The notes: generated from the letters alone by a model not told the origin. A stretch of 32,000 bases of DNA from Citrobacter sp. Marseille-Q6884 (GCF_945906775.1 NZ_CAMDRE010000002.1:741513-773512); one strand, 5' to 3'. Counted from the first letter of the stretch, positions 11,938 to 20,167 are shown. A program made the numbers and translations.

Positions 11938-12663
11938 TTATGCCGCCTGTTTGAGTTCTCTGATTCGAATGCCGGTAACGTCTTTGCACTTCGCCTGATG
12001 CTCAGAAAATCCGTTTAACAACTTCCACGTTTCTTCATAACGAGCTTTCAATTTCACGCCGTCGTTTTCTTTGCTGGCATATTGGGAGAAATCGGCGAGC
12101 ACCTTGTCAGCATCCACGTCTTGATATGGTTCTGACTCGTTGATTTGCTCTGGTGACTGTGTTTCTGGCTGATGAACAACTGTTCCGTCAGGTAATGCCC
12201 AGGCTGGAAGGGAAGGCGGTTTCCAGTAAAACACGCCAGCCTCTTTTGACTTGGCATAATGGAATCCTGGTGCCCGCTGTGCCGATACAATGGCGAAGCC
12301 TTCCTCCAGGTTGTAGAGGTAACGCCCGATACCCCACTGGACAGCTGCACGCTTCATAGCTCCTGAGCGACCACCTTTAACCGCTTCTACTTGCGTGTTT
12401 TCGGCTGCGTCCCACTTGGTGATCCACTCGCCATCAACTTTGATGGAAATACCGCACTCAACCCCTCCATTGTTCGGGATATCGCGATACTCGTTACGCC
12501 ATCCAGCCTTACCACATACCTCATCAAGGCGCTTCATGATTGCCCTGTTGGTTACGTAGGCCAGCACTTTTGCCCAGATACCGTTATTATTTTTTCCCGC
12601 CTGCTGAATGCGCCATTCAATATCTTCACTGGCAAATGGCGCATCTAACTGATCCAGATTCAT
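11938..12663 (-). CDS. Rad52/22-type single-strand annealing protein
   Basis: 241 aa; LAYVTNRAIMKRLDEVCGKAGWRNEYRDIPN...KWDAAENTQVEAVKGGRSGAMKRAAVQWGIGRYLYNL. Confidence 0.88.
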   Translation of the reverse strand: MNLDQLDAPFASEDIEWRIQQAGKNNNGIWAKVLAYVTNRAIMKRLDEVCGKAGWRNEYRDIPNNGGVECGISIKVDGEWITKWDAAENTQVEAVKGGRSGAMKRAAVQWGIGRYLYNLEEGFAIVSAQRAPGFHYAKSKEAGVFYWKPPSLPAWALPDGTVVHQPETQSPEQINESEPYQDVDADKVLADFSQYASKENDGVKLKARYEETWKLLNGFSEHQAKCKDVTGIRIRELKQAA

Positions 12664-12818
12664 GTAAAATCCCCCGCAAATTCGGCCATGCTGATAATCG
12701 GATTCTGTTGCTCAGCAGCCAGGTTAACCGGCTCATCTTTTTCATCTGGAGAAACGAGAGCAACATCAGCCATCATCCGAATGAAAGAATCATCATCCCA
12801 TCGCTCTGCTACGCTCAT
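12660..12818 (-). CDS. Small acidic phage protein, 52 aa
   Basis: MSVAERWDDDSFIRMMADVALVSPDEKDEPVNLAAEQQNPIISMAEFAGDFT; TGA overlaps the ATG of the Rad52-like gene. Manual reading. Confidence 0.6.
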   Translation of the reverse strand: MSVAERWDDDSFIRMMADVALVSPDEKDEPVNLAAEQQNPIISMAEFAGDFT

Positions 12819-13012
12819 GCCGCTCGCTCCTGATGTGTGATTACATAACCCTGTTCAGCAAGCCATTCGAGAACTACAGCACCATCTAACTGCGGGAGGA
12901 CTTCTCGTGTGTCTACCGTTCCATCAAGCGTCACGCCATCAAGCTCTAAGACCTGATTACGCTGGCTGTCCAGATATCCATGAGCGTGGTCATATTTGAG
13001 TTTCAGTTTCAT
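12815..13012 (-). CDS. Hypothetical phage protein (start at MKLKLKY)
   Basis: Overlaps the next gene by 4 nt; upstream extension MVWYREHKLTTEVH in the track is probably not translated. Confidence 0.55.
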   Translation of the reverse strand: MKLKLKYDHAHGYLDSQRNQVLELDGVTLDGTVDTREVLPQLDGAVVLEWLAEQGYVITHQERAA

Positions 13013-13019
13013 ATGCACC

Positions 13020-13991
13020 TCAGTAGTTAATTTGTGTTCTCGGTACCAGACCATCCATCAGCGCTTTCAGGACTTCGATAGCCTGGTCGCGTGAGATGCT
13101 GGTATTAGCGGTGAGTGCGTTTACGATTTCAGTGCCAACGGCTTTGCGGTGCTTCACGTCAGCTTCACGCTTTGCCTTTTCGTCAGCGATGCGTTTCTCT
13201 TCTTCCAAACGGGCGGCTTCTTTCGCTTCAGCTTCACGCTTAATGCGATCTGCTTCTTCCTGAGCTTTTCGCTGTTCCGCTTCAATGGCTGCTTTCTTCT
13301 CTGCTTCAGCTTTCGCCGCGGCGTCTTTTGCTTCCTGCTCTGCGCGTTCTTGTGCTTGCTTAGCCAGTAATTCAGCCTGTGCTCTTGCTGCAATCGCATC
13401 CTCTTCGCGCTTCTTCGCTGCCGCCAGTTCAGCGGCTGCTTTCTCTTCGGCTTCTCGCTTGGCCTGTTCTGCTGCCTGACGCTTTAACTCTTCTTCATGA
13501 GCAATGCGCTGGCGTTCCGCTTCTGCTTTTTTCTCAGCCATTTCACGGTCGAATGCATCGTTCATCAGCAAAGCAATTTCATGATCGGATTCGAACTTCT
13601 TCCGGTCTTCCTCGGCTTTAATTTTGGCGGCTTCCTCTGCCTTAATTCGCTCCTGCTCAGCCTCCCACTCTGTTAGCGGTCGGCGCACTTCATCTTTCAG
13701 CGCATCCAGACGCTCACGAACAATACGGCGACTCTCATCAATCTGCTTTGGCAATGCTTTCAGTTCTGCTACAAGGTCTTTACCGGCGTTGTCGATGTAT
13801 GTTTTTGAACGCGCAACCTTGTGCGCCATGGATGCGATAGCATCACGGCCTTTCTTGGTTGATACATCCGGTACCAGGCTGCGAGCTTCTTTCTCGATTT
13901 TTTCAATGATGGGATCGAGTTGCTCGTTATTGGTGAATACAGCCATTGCGCTCGATTTTTCGATAACGACTAAATCCGTTACTTCACTCAT
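13020..13991 (-). CDS. Long Ala/Glu/Lys-rich coiled-coil phage protein next to the annealing protein
   Basis: 323 aa; central region of EKKAEAERQRIAHEEELKRQAAEQAKREAEEKAA heptads, ordered N- and C-terminal domains. Confidence 0.8.
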   Translation of the reverse strand: MSEVTDLVVIEKSSAMAVFTNNEQLDPIIEKIEKEARSLVPDVSTKKGRDAIASMAHKVARSKTYIDNAGKDLVAELKALPKQIDESRRIVRERLDALKDEVRRPLTEWEAEQERIKAEEAAKIKAEEDRKKFESDHEIALLMNDAFDREMAEKKAEAERQRIAHEEELKRQAAEQAKREAEEKAAAELAAAKKREEDAIAARAQAELLAKQAQERAEQEAKDAAAKAEAEKKAAIEAEQRKAQEEADRIKREAEAKEAARLEEEKRIADEKAKREADVKHRKAVGTEIVNALTANTSISRDQAIEVLKALMDGLVPRTQINY

Positions 13992-14064
13992 GGTCTCTCC
14001 TGAAATTTGGTTGTGCGCTTCCCGTCTGCGAAAGGCCGGACAGGGAGTGATTAAAGTGGGGGGG

Positions 14065-14358
14065 TTACTTGCCTAGTGCTTTGGCGATTACGTAGCTAGC
14101 CATCATTAGAGGATGTTCTTCGTGACAATCATCTGGACACACACCGCAGACGTCTTCTGCGTAATCTCGAAGCTTCTGTAGCGCTTCGAGTAATTCAGGT
14201 GCTGCTGATATTAATTGCGCATCCTCTCGTTCGTTTCTGGTTGCAATTTCAATGTACGTGTCGCCCATAACCACGCCGTGGAATGTCGTCATCATTTCAT
14301 TCACATTTCTGATTGTGTATTTCCACGGACCAGGCGTTCCTTTGAATTCTTCCATCAC
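14065..14358 (-). CDS. Phage hypothetical protein (TPGPW...APELLEAL family)
   Basis: FKGTPGPWKYTIRN...EDAQLISAAPELLEALQKLRDYAEDVCGVC. Confidence 0.75.
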   Translation of the reverse strand: MMEEFKGTPGPWKYTIRNVNEMMTTFHGVVMGDTYIEIATRNEREDAQLISAAPELLEALQKLRDYAEDVCGVCPDDCHEEHPLMMASYVIAKALGK

Positions 14359-14663
14359 ACCCTCACTTCAAACGAGTTACGATTTACCCTGACTCCAAGC
14401 GCTTTACGCTGGGCCTCAATTGCCTGTTGCAGCATCACCGAATCTTCCAAATAGCGAGCAATGGCTTTCTTGCTCAGTGATGCGCGGAGCTTGTGCGAGT
14501 CAACAATGACCTGATTAACGATGTGACCGAAGCCATTCTTAATCATCTGGTCACGGTTCATTACCAGCTTGTGGCGAACGTTGCCGACTTCTACCAGTTG
14601 CCATGAATGACCGTTTGCAATCTTTGTCACTGTGTACTGCTTGTTGTTGTGGGTGACTGTCAT
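14355..14663 (-). CDS. Hypothetical phage protein, 102 aa
   Basis: Tight overlap with neighbours, normal codon use. Confidence 0.55.
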   Translation of the reverse strand: MTVTHNNKQYTVTKIANGHSWQLVEVGNVRHKLVMNRDQMIKNGFGHIVNQVIVDSHKLRASLSKKAIARYLEDSVMLQQAIEAQRKALGVRVNRNSFEVRV

Positions 14664-14896
14664 GATGCCTCCCGGGCGCGGAGCATTGCGTCTGCGATGT
14701 GATACGCATCAACAGCTAATTCTCTGTACTGCGGTGAGTCCGGGCCACCACCAAATGAATGTCCGTCGTATCTACGCACAATTGCTGCCATCGCTTTTAT
14801 TGCCATGTAATCACGCAGCGTCATGCCTTCAATTGGGTAGTTGTGATCGCTTCCAGCAACTGGAAACGCTGGGCCGCCGTTATTTTCTTTGCTCAT
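14660..14896 (-). CDS. Hypothetical phage protein (start at MSKENNGG)
   Basis: MSKENNGGPAFPVAGSDHNYPIEGMTLRDYMAIKAMAAIV, familiar 'GGPAFPV...GMTLRDYFAAKAM' phage type. Confidence 0.75.
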   Translation of the reverse strand: MSKENNGGPAFPVAGSDHNYPIEGMTLRDYMAIKAMAAIVRRYDGHSFGGGPDSPQYRELAVDAYHIADAMLRAREAS

Positions 14897-15030
14897 AATC
14901 ATCTCCGCGCTTAAGCCGCGCCGCTGAACGTAAAGACCTCTGCATGCAATTTTCATCACTGCAAAATTAAGCGGTGGATAGCCGCCGTGATACCACAGCA
15001 CCCTCGTGAAGGAGCTGTGGTATCAGCAAT

Positions 15031-15051
15031 AAAAAACCCGCCGAAGCGGGT
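15031..15051 (-). terminator. Rho-independent terminator in left operon
   Basis: Minus strand ACCCGC-TTCG-GCGGGTTTTTT. Confidence 0.7.
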
Positions 15052-15276
15052 CTATTCAGTCGGTGGGTGAGGTAGCGGCATCCAGTGGGTTACGTTTATT
15101 GGGTGCCACTCGATGCCGTAGTTGTGCTCATAAACCTGTGCGTACCAGCCAGCGCCTTTCTTGTTGAATTTGTCGTACTGCCCAACATGCAATTCAACGC
15201 CAAAGTCCGGAAGCGGCCAGATTTGAACAAACTCGTCGCTATCTGGCATCCGCTCACTGCACTTAATCCACTCCAT
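15052..15276 (-). CDS. DUF551-type phage protein
   Basis: MEWIKCSERMPDSDEFVQIWP...GIEWHPINVTHWMPLPHPPTE. Confidence 0.88.
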   Translation of the reverse strand: MEWIKCSERMPDSDEFVQIWPLPDFGVELHVGQYDKFNKKGAGWYAQVYEHNYGIEWHPINVTHWMPLPHPPTE

Positions 15277-15409
15277 CGCCTTACCCTCTGTTTGTATCGT
15301 GAGCTAATAAAAAGTCCGCCATCAGGTAGCCTCAGCTTGAATTAGTGCCGGGATTTTTATCCACGCCCGGCGCGTGGTTTCCCGCTATTCCCCAACAGCA
15401 AGAAATCGC

Positions 15410-15751
15410 TTACTCTTTAATCTCCCCAACAGTAGAAAGGATATATTCATGCAAACCATGCGGACCGTGTGCCCTGACTGTGGAAGTGAGATGTTCAACC
15501 AGCCCGATGATTTTGACTTTGAGACAAATTTCACCGGCGTCAGTTGTGCTGACTGTGGTCGCGAAATCACTAAGGACGATGTTGTCAATCAGGCCACGGA
15601 CACGGTCAAAAAACAGCTCGACGACATGCTCAGGAATTCCCTCAAAGGAACTGGCTGGAAGTTCGACTAATTTCAAAAGCTCCCCGAACTGAGTAAGAAC
15701 CTCACTGGCGTCTACGTTAAGCAGTAGTGGCGCCGTTTTTTTATCTGCCAT
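15410..15751 (-). CDS. Hypothetical left-operon protein (start at MADKKTAPLLL)
   Basis: SD GAGG 5 nt upstream of ATG; MADKKTAPLLLNVDASEVLTQFGELLKLVELPASSF...; antisense to 15449-15670. Confidence 0.6.
   Translation of the reverse strand: MADKKTAPLLLNVDASEVLTQFGELLKLVELPASSFEGIPEHVVELFFDRVRGLIDNIVLSDFATTVSTTDAGEICLKVKIIGLVEHLTSTVRAHGPHGLHEYILSTVGEIKE
15449..15670 (+). CDS. Putative zinc-binding small phage protein, 73 aa
   Basis: Good SD (AGAAAGGAT) before ATG; MQTMRTVCPDCGSEMFNQPDDFDFETNFTGVSCADCGREITKDDVVNQATDTVKKQLDDMLR with two CxxC pairs. Confidence 0.65.
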   Translation: MQTMRTVCPDCGSEMFNQPDDFDFETNFTGVSCADCGREITKDDVVNQATDTVKKQLDDMLRNSLKGTGWKFD

Positions 15752-15805
15752 ACACACCTCATAAGTTAATTAACGCGCCGTAACCGAATCTTTGCTATTG
15801 CGATA

Positions 15806-16135
15806 TCAAATCAGCGGGGTAGATTTGCCGCGTGATTTCTGCACCGCGTGAATTTTGTTGCCGAACGGGTTGCTGTCTTTTTGAGAGTTCAGATGCATTC
15901 TTCTCTCCAGCTTTAATCTGTTAGCCTGATGGAATTCGGCAGCCTTAAGAATCTGCGTAGCCATTTCGTTTTTGATTGGCTCTACAGCCTTACCAATACG
16001 ATTTACAGAACGCTTGAATTTAATGGCTCTTGAGCTCTCTGGCTTGGCGCTCACCCCAACCAACAGGGGATTTGCAGCTTTCCATTCGGCCTGTTTCTCT
16101 GCGCGGCGTTCGCGGCGGCGTGCTTGTGCATCCAT
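15806..16135 (-). CDS. N: Early antitermination protein N
   Basis: 109 aa; MDAQARRRERRAEKQAEWKAANPLLVGVSAKP arginine-rich motif nearly identical to lambda N, C-terminus KSRGKSTPLI. Confidence 0.95.
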   Translation of the reverse strand: MDAQARRRERRAEKQAEWKAANPLLVGVSAKPESSRAIKFKRSVNRIGKAVEPIKNEMATQILKAAEFHQANRLKLERRMHLNSQKDSNPFGNKIHAVQKSRGKSTPLI

Positions 16136-16247
16136 TGTGAATCTCCTGTCAGTTAGCTTTGGTGGTGCCGCGCCGGATGCTGATCTTCCGGTTGCTGTCG
16201 GTGCAGCTGCAATTCACGACACCCCAAAGCTTTCTGCTTTGAATGCT

Positions 16248-16278
16248 GCGCTTTTTCAGCGCCAGATTTTTAAGAGCA
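16248..16278 (-). promoter_or_regulatory. nutL-like site (boxA + boxB)
   Basis: Minus strand boxA TGCTCTTA (16271-16278) and boxB hairpin GCGCTGAAAAAGCGC (16248-16262), between PL and N. Confidence 0.85.
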
Positions 16279-16317
16279 TCACCGTCCTGGTGAGTAGTGC
16301 GTCCTGCTGATGGGGTT

Positions 16318-16352
16318 AATATATGCGTTATGCGCAAATGCGTCAAGCGCAT
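16318..16352 (-). promoter_or_regulatory. PL promoter with overlapping operators
   Basis: Minus strand TTGACG-17 bp-TATATT (-35 16341-16346, -10 16318-16323); operator-like ATGCGTCAAGCGCAT (16338-16352) and ATGCGTTATGCGCAA (16323-16337). Confidence 0.8.
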
Positions 16353-16442
16353 AATTATAGTGAAAAGGGTGTTGCTGCTTTAAATTAATTTATGCGTATG
16401 ATTCAAAAGGAATTAAAAAATTTACTGATATTGCTTAAGGCA

Positions 16443-16466
16443 CAAAAAAACCCGCCGGAGCGGGTT
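16443..16466 (-). terminator. Terminator downstream of cI
   Basis: Minus strand AACCCGC-TCCG-GCGGGTTTTTTT. Confidence 0.75.
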
Positions 16467-16485
16467 ATTTATATGAGGTTTTGTG

Positions 16486-17193
16486 TTAACCGTGTCTGCG
16501 GAACTGCTGTGACTGGCTTAGCATTACTCTACCAGATACGTGAAGCATCGCAGCCTCTTCAGGGCTTATGCTCCACTCTCTATACTTTGGGTTGTCCGAG
16601 ATTACGAACAGATCATTTTTAACTTTTTGAAGACGTTTGACGAAAGTATCACCATTGAAATCGAAAACGTAAATACCATCGCCATCGAAGTAATTGACTC
16701 TGATATCCACAAAAATCAAATCGCCCGGCTCAATGGTTCCCTGCATACTATCGCCGCGCACATTGATAAGCTTCACTGATTTTTGAGGGATGCTACCAAA
16801 TATAGATTTTGCCTGGTCAACGTCATACTCAATTGATCGGACAACCTCCACAATGTCTTTTGATGGCGAGCCATTGCCTGCGCTGGCGGAAACGTTAAGA
16901 ACATCAACCCTATACACATCCTTTTCCTCTCGACTGTTTAGGGAATCTACACTGTATGAATCTACAGTATTTCCCTCATCATCGGAAGAGAATAGTACAG
17001 CTACAGGAACATCGAGAGCTTTCGCTATTTTTCTTAGAAGCTGATCGCTATACCCTTGAATGCCACGCTCAAGGCGTGAAAGGTTACCGACGTCGCTATC
17101 TACAAGAAGCGCCATCTCATTCAATGTGTATTTATTTTTCTTCCTAAGAAGTCGTATCTTTTCACCTACTTTCATATCTTCATTAGAAAACAT
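16486..17193 (-). CDS. cI: CI-like repressor with S24/LexA-type self-cleavage domain
   Basis: 235 aa; N-terminal HTH (EKIRLLRKKNKYTLNEMALLVDSDVGNLSRLERG), C-terminal VRGDSMQGTIEPGDLIFVD...KRLQK catalytic Ser/Lys pattern; start may be internal MKVGEKI. Confidence 0.94.
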   Translation of the reverse strand: MFSNEDMKVGEKIRLLRKKNKYTLNEMALLVDSDVGNLSRLERGIQGYSDQLLRKIAKALDVPVAVLFSSDDEGNTVDSYSVDSLNSREEKDVYRVDVLNVSASAGNGSPSKDIVEVVRSIEYDVDQAKSIFGSIPQKSVKLINVRGDSMQGTIEPGDLIFVDIRVNYFDGDGIYVFDFNGDTFVKRLQKVKNDLFVISDNPKYREWSISPEEAAMLHVSGRVMLSQSQQFRRHG

Positions 17194-17195
17194 TT

Positions 17196-17258
17196 ATGCG
17201 TCCTTCGCAAAGCGCCTTGCGCAAAATTTGCAGATGGATTAATATGCGTCTAACGCAT
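17196..17258 (+). promoter_or_regulatory. PR promoter and operator cluster
   Basis: -35 TTGCGC 17217-17222, 17 bp, -10 TAATAT 17240-17245; operator-like 15-mers at 17196-17210, 17210-17224 and 17244-17258 (ATGCGTCTAACGCAT). Confidence 0.75.
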
Positions 17259-17272
17259 TATGGAGGTGCAAT

Positions 17273-17485
17273 ATGTGTACACCACTTAGAAAAATGCGCG
17301 TAGAGAAAGGTCTGACAATTTCTGAAGTTTCCAAAATGACAGAAATTGACGTTGGCAACCTGAGCCGAATTGAACGCGGTATGCAGGTTACATCTCTGGA
17401 GACAGCTGAAAAGCTATCCAAGTTCTTCGAAGGGAAGATCTCAGAGATGCAGATTCTCTACCCGCATCGGTATATGGCAGCCTAA
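17273..17485 (+). CDS. cro: Cro-like HTH regulator
   Basis: 70 aa HTH; LRKMRVEKGLTISEVSKMTEIDVGNLSRIERG closely matches the CI HTH; divergent from cI. Confidence 0.85.
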   Translation: MCTPLRKMRVEKGLTISEVSKMTEIDVGNLSRIERGMQVTSLETAEKLSKFFEGKISEMQILYPHRYMAA

Positions 17486-17492
17486 GAAACAC

Positions 17493-17525
17493 CGCTCTTA
17501 TCACATCTCAGCCCTGAAAAAGGGC
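17493..17525 (+). promoter_or_regulatory. nutR site (boxA + boxB)
   Basis: boxA CGCTCTTA 17493-17500 and boxB GCCCTGAAAAAGGGC 17511-17525, which matches lambda nutR boxB as I remember it. Confidence 0.93.
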
Positions 17526-17607
17526 GATTCAAAACAACAAGTCTTTATGGCTATGCGTGTCCGCGCATGGCCTTTAACCATTTTTTACACCAAAGGAATT
17601 ATCACAG

Positions 17608-17931
17608 ATGGAAAACTCAATTAACCGCAACAAGGTCAATGCCCGTCGCATTGAATCCTGGTTGCTAAACCGTATCGCCATGAAAGGTGGAAGCAACGTA
17701 GCTAAAGAGATTGGCGTCGATAAGGCACAGATAACCCGCTGGAAAGAAACGTGGCTGCCGAAGATGGCAATGCTGTTGGCAGTTCTTGAGTGGGGTGTGG
17801 TTGATGACGATATCGCAAGGGTTTCAAAGCAAGTTGCTCTCTACCTTGAAGAGAACATTTTGACGAACGTCAGAAAGAAAAAATCCCCGGCGGCAACCGA
17901 GGATTCAGATCAAATCACCATGCAATTCTGA
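17608..17931 (+). CDS. cII: CII-like transcriptional activator
   Basis: 107 aa; ARRIESWLLNRIAMKGGSNVAKEIGVDKAQITRWKETWLPKMAMLLAVLEWGVVDDDIARVSK. Confidence 0.92.
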   Translation: MENSINRNKVNARRIESWLLNRIAMKGGSNVAKEIGVDKAQITRWKETWLPKMAMLLAVLEWGVVDDDIARVSKQVALYLEENILTNVRKKKSPAATEDSDQITMQF

Positions 17932-18018
17932 GTCGAATAACTGGATCAATTCACAGGAGTAATTATGCCTGGACAAAACAGACAAGTAAACCATGACAGA
18001 TGCAATGGAGAATGATTT

Positions 18019-18906
18019 ATGGCCCGTTCACGAAACATAAAGCCAGGCTTTTTCACCAATGATGAACTGGCTGAATGCTCTCCATATGCCCGCCTACTTT
18101 TTGCCGGGTTGTGGACTATAGCTGACAAAGAAGGGCGATTGGACGATCGCCCAAAGAAAGTAAAAGCAATGGTGCTGCCTTTCGATGATGTGGACTGCAA
18201 TGATCTGCTTCAACAGCTTCACAGCCATAAATTCATCAACCGATATCAGGTAAATGGTGATTCATACATCCAAATAAATAACTGGAAGAAGCACCAGAAC
18301 CCTCACTGCAAAGAAGCTGCTAGTGAGATACCAGAACCAGTAGAGAACAATGACAGCACCGGACAAGAACAGTGCAAGGACGATAAAGAGGAAGACAAGA
18401 AGGATACTGATGAACCTCAAGTCATTGAAAATAATGAAGCACCAGAAAAGCACCATGCAAGCACAGTGCAAGAACAAGTAGAGAACAATTTAAATCCTGC
18501 TGATTCCCTTAACCTGATTCCTGATTCCCTCATTCCTCATACTGATTCCCTTTCTAACACCCAAGCCGCTGATGCGACTTGCGAAGGGTCTGAGGCTGAT
18601 GTCCATAAAATTTCAAGTCGCTATGCATTCGAAGGAAATATCGTTCGGTTAAACCACAAGGACTACGAAGCCTGGAGACGCCTGTATCCGAACATTGACC
18701 TGAAGTACGAACTGGAAAAGCTGGATATCGAATTTAGCCATGAGAAGCCAAAGAACTGGTTTATCACTGCTAGCCAGAAACTTAGCTACCAGAACAAGCA
18801 AGCGCTATCCAGACCGGTACGCAAGGTTGCTAATGGCCTTCAGTCTGAAGGTTTTGCGTCGAAGGACTACGGAAAAACTGAAATCCCATCCTGGGCTCAG
18901 GAGTGA
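18019..18906 (+). CDS. Replication initiator, lambda O-like position
   Basis: 295 aa; MARSRNIKPGFFTNDELAECSPYARLLFAGLWTIADKEGRLDDRPKKVKAMVLPFDD; low-complexity linker and C-terminal domain. Confidence 0.88.
   Translation: MARSRNIKPGFFTNDELAECSPYARLLFAGLWTIADKEGRLDDRPKKVKAMVLPFDDVDCNDLLQQLHSHKFINRYQVNGDSYIQINNWKKHQNPHCKEAASEIPEPVENNDSTGQEQCKDDKEEDKKDTDEPQVIENNEAPEKHHASTVQEQVENNLNPADSLNLIPDSLIPHTDSLSNTQAADATCEGSEADVHKISSRYAFEGNIVRLNHKDYEAWRRLYPNIDLKYELEKLDIEFSHEKPKNWFITASQKLSYQNKQALSRPVRKVANGLQSEGFASKDYGKTEIPSWAQE
18500..18552 (+). repeat. Iteron-like short repeats inside the replication initiator gene (candidate origin)
   Basis: Repeated CTGATTCC(C): tgctgattccctt / cctgattcctgattccct / actgattccctt. 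Confidence 0.5.
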
Positions 18907-19760
18907 ACATGACACTGGACGAAAAGATTTTCTCTCTGGAAAAGATGCTTTCAGAGCTATCACAGCCACCGTTAGAAATTCCAAACAGCACTGTTGAGTT
19001 TGATGATGCCACCTGCGAAATACATGGACCGTTTCAACAGCGCCGACGCGTATCGACTACGCACATAAAAATACCAACCGTTCCGTCTCGTTGCCCTGGT
19101 TGCATTCGGGATGAGCTAATCGAACTACAGGCTGAAAAAATTCGCATCGATGAGGCATCTCGCAAGAGAAATATCGAAATGCTGATGGAGGCGTTAGACA
19201 TACCAAGCCGTTTTTTGTTCTGCACCCTACAGAACTACGAGCCAGTAAACGACGATGCTCAACGCGTTCTGAAAGTCTGCCAGGCGTACGCTAACCGATG
19301 GCCTGAGCGATTGAAGAAAGGTGGTGGACTCGTAATGTGTGGCAAGCCTGGAACCGGTAAGAACCATCTCGCTTTTGGTATCGCTCGGATCGCCATTGCT
19401 GAGCATCAAAGCTCGGCTGTATTCACCACCGCTCTGAAAATTGCCCGAGAGTACAAATCAACCTGGTCGAAGGGTTCAACGCGCACTGAAGACGATGTGA
19501 TCCGCTACTTCACCAAGCCAGACCTGCTGATCATCGATGAGGTAGGGGTACAGTTCGGAAGTGATGCCGAGAAGCTGATCATGTTCGAAATCATCAACAC
19601 CCGATACGAGCGCATGAAGCCAACCATCCTGATTAGCAACCAGACCAAAGAAGAACTGGCAGCATTCATCGGTGAGCGCGTCATAGACCGCATGAGCGAC
19701 GGCGGTGGCTGCACTCTGTCATTCACCTGGGATTCATACCGATCGAAGGGGGCCGCATGA
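18903..19760 (+). CDS. DnaC-like helicase loader / AAA+ ATPase
   Basis: 285 aa; Walker A GKPGTGKNHLAFGIA, Walker B LLIIDEVG, ISNQTKEEL sensor region. Confidence 0.93.
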   Translation: MNMTLDEKIFSLEKMLSELSQPPLEIPNSTVEFDDATCEIHGPFQQRRRVSTTHIKIPTVPSRCPGCIRDELIELQAEKIRIDEASRKRNIEMLMEALDIPSRFLFCTLQNYEPVNDDAQRVLKVCQAYANRWPERLKKGGGLVMCGKPGTGKNHLAFGIARIAIAEHQSSAVFTTALKIAREYKSTWSKGSTRTEDDVIRYFTKPDLLIIDEVGVQFGSDAEKLIMFEIINTRYERMKPTILISNQTKEELAAFIGERVIDRMSDGGGCTLSFTWDSYRSKGAA

Positions 19761-20167
19761 TGGACAGCTTAAAGCAACGCATTCTCGATTACGTATCAGC
19801 CAACCAGCCCGCCAAGGTTGACCTGATTTACAAGGAGCTTGGCATCTGCCGTAACCGGTACTACGAAGAGGCTAAGCAACTCCGGTTCATGGGTATGTTA
19901 CGCAGCGTACCGGGTATCGGTGTATTCCCCGGAGAAGATGCTTATCAGCACTGGCTGAAAAATGGCGGCTACGAAGAAATCCGGCAGCGCGCTGTCGATG
20001 CAAATCTGAGTAGCCAGGAAGCGAAGGGGATGAAGAAACCGCGTAACAGTGATGACCCGAAGATGTTCGGACCATACGACCCGGCGAAGAATGGAGTCGT
20101 TGCAGAGTTCATGCAAAGCGATGCGAGAAAGCGGCTGATGATGGTTTACGGGAGATTAGGAGCATGA
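19757..20167 (+). CDS. Phage hypothetical protein with N-terminal winged-helix-like region
   Basis: 136 aa; LKQRILDYVSANQPAKVDLIYKELGICRNRYYEEAKQLRFMGML; overlaps neighbours. Confidence 0.65.
   Translation: MMDSLKQRILDYVSANQPAKVDLIYKELGICRNRYYEEAKQLRFMGMLRSVPGIGVFPGEDAYQHWLKNGGYEEIRQRAVDANLSSQEAKGMKKPRNSDDPKMFGPYDPAKNGVVAEFMQSDARKRLMMVYGRLGA

Noticed and set aside
13149-13621. Several 64-81 aa ORFs on both strands within the coiled-coil gene
   Set aside because: Explained by repetitive Ala/Glu/Lys codons of 13020-13991; translations are repetitive Ser/Ala/Phe or Lys/Arg strings
16149-16352. 67-aa minus-strand ORF between PL and N
   Set aside because: Covers the nutL boxA/boxB, the -10 box and the operators; its codons are better explained as leader RNA and regulatory DNA
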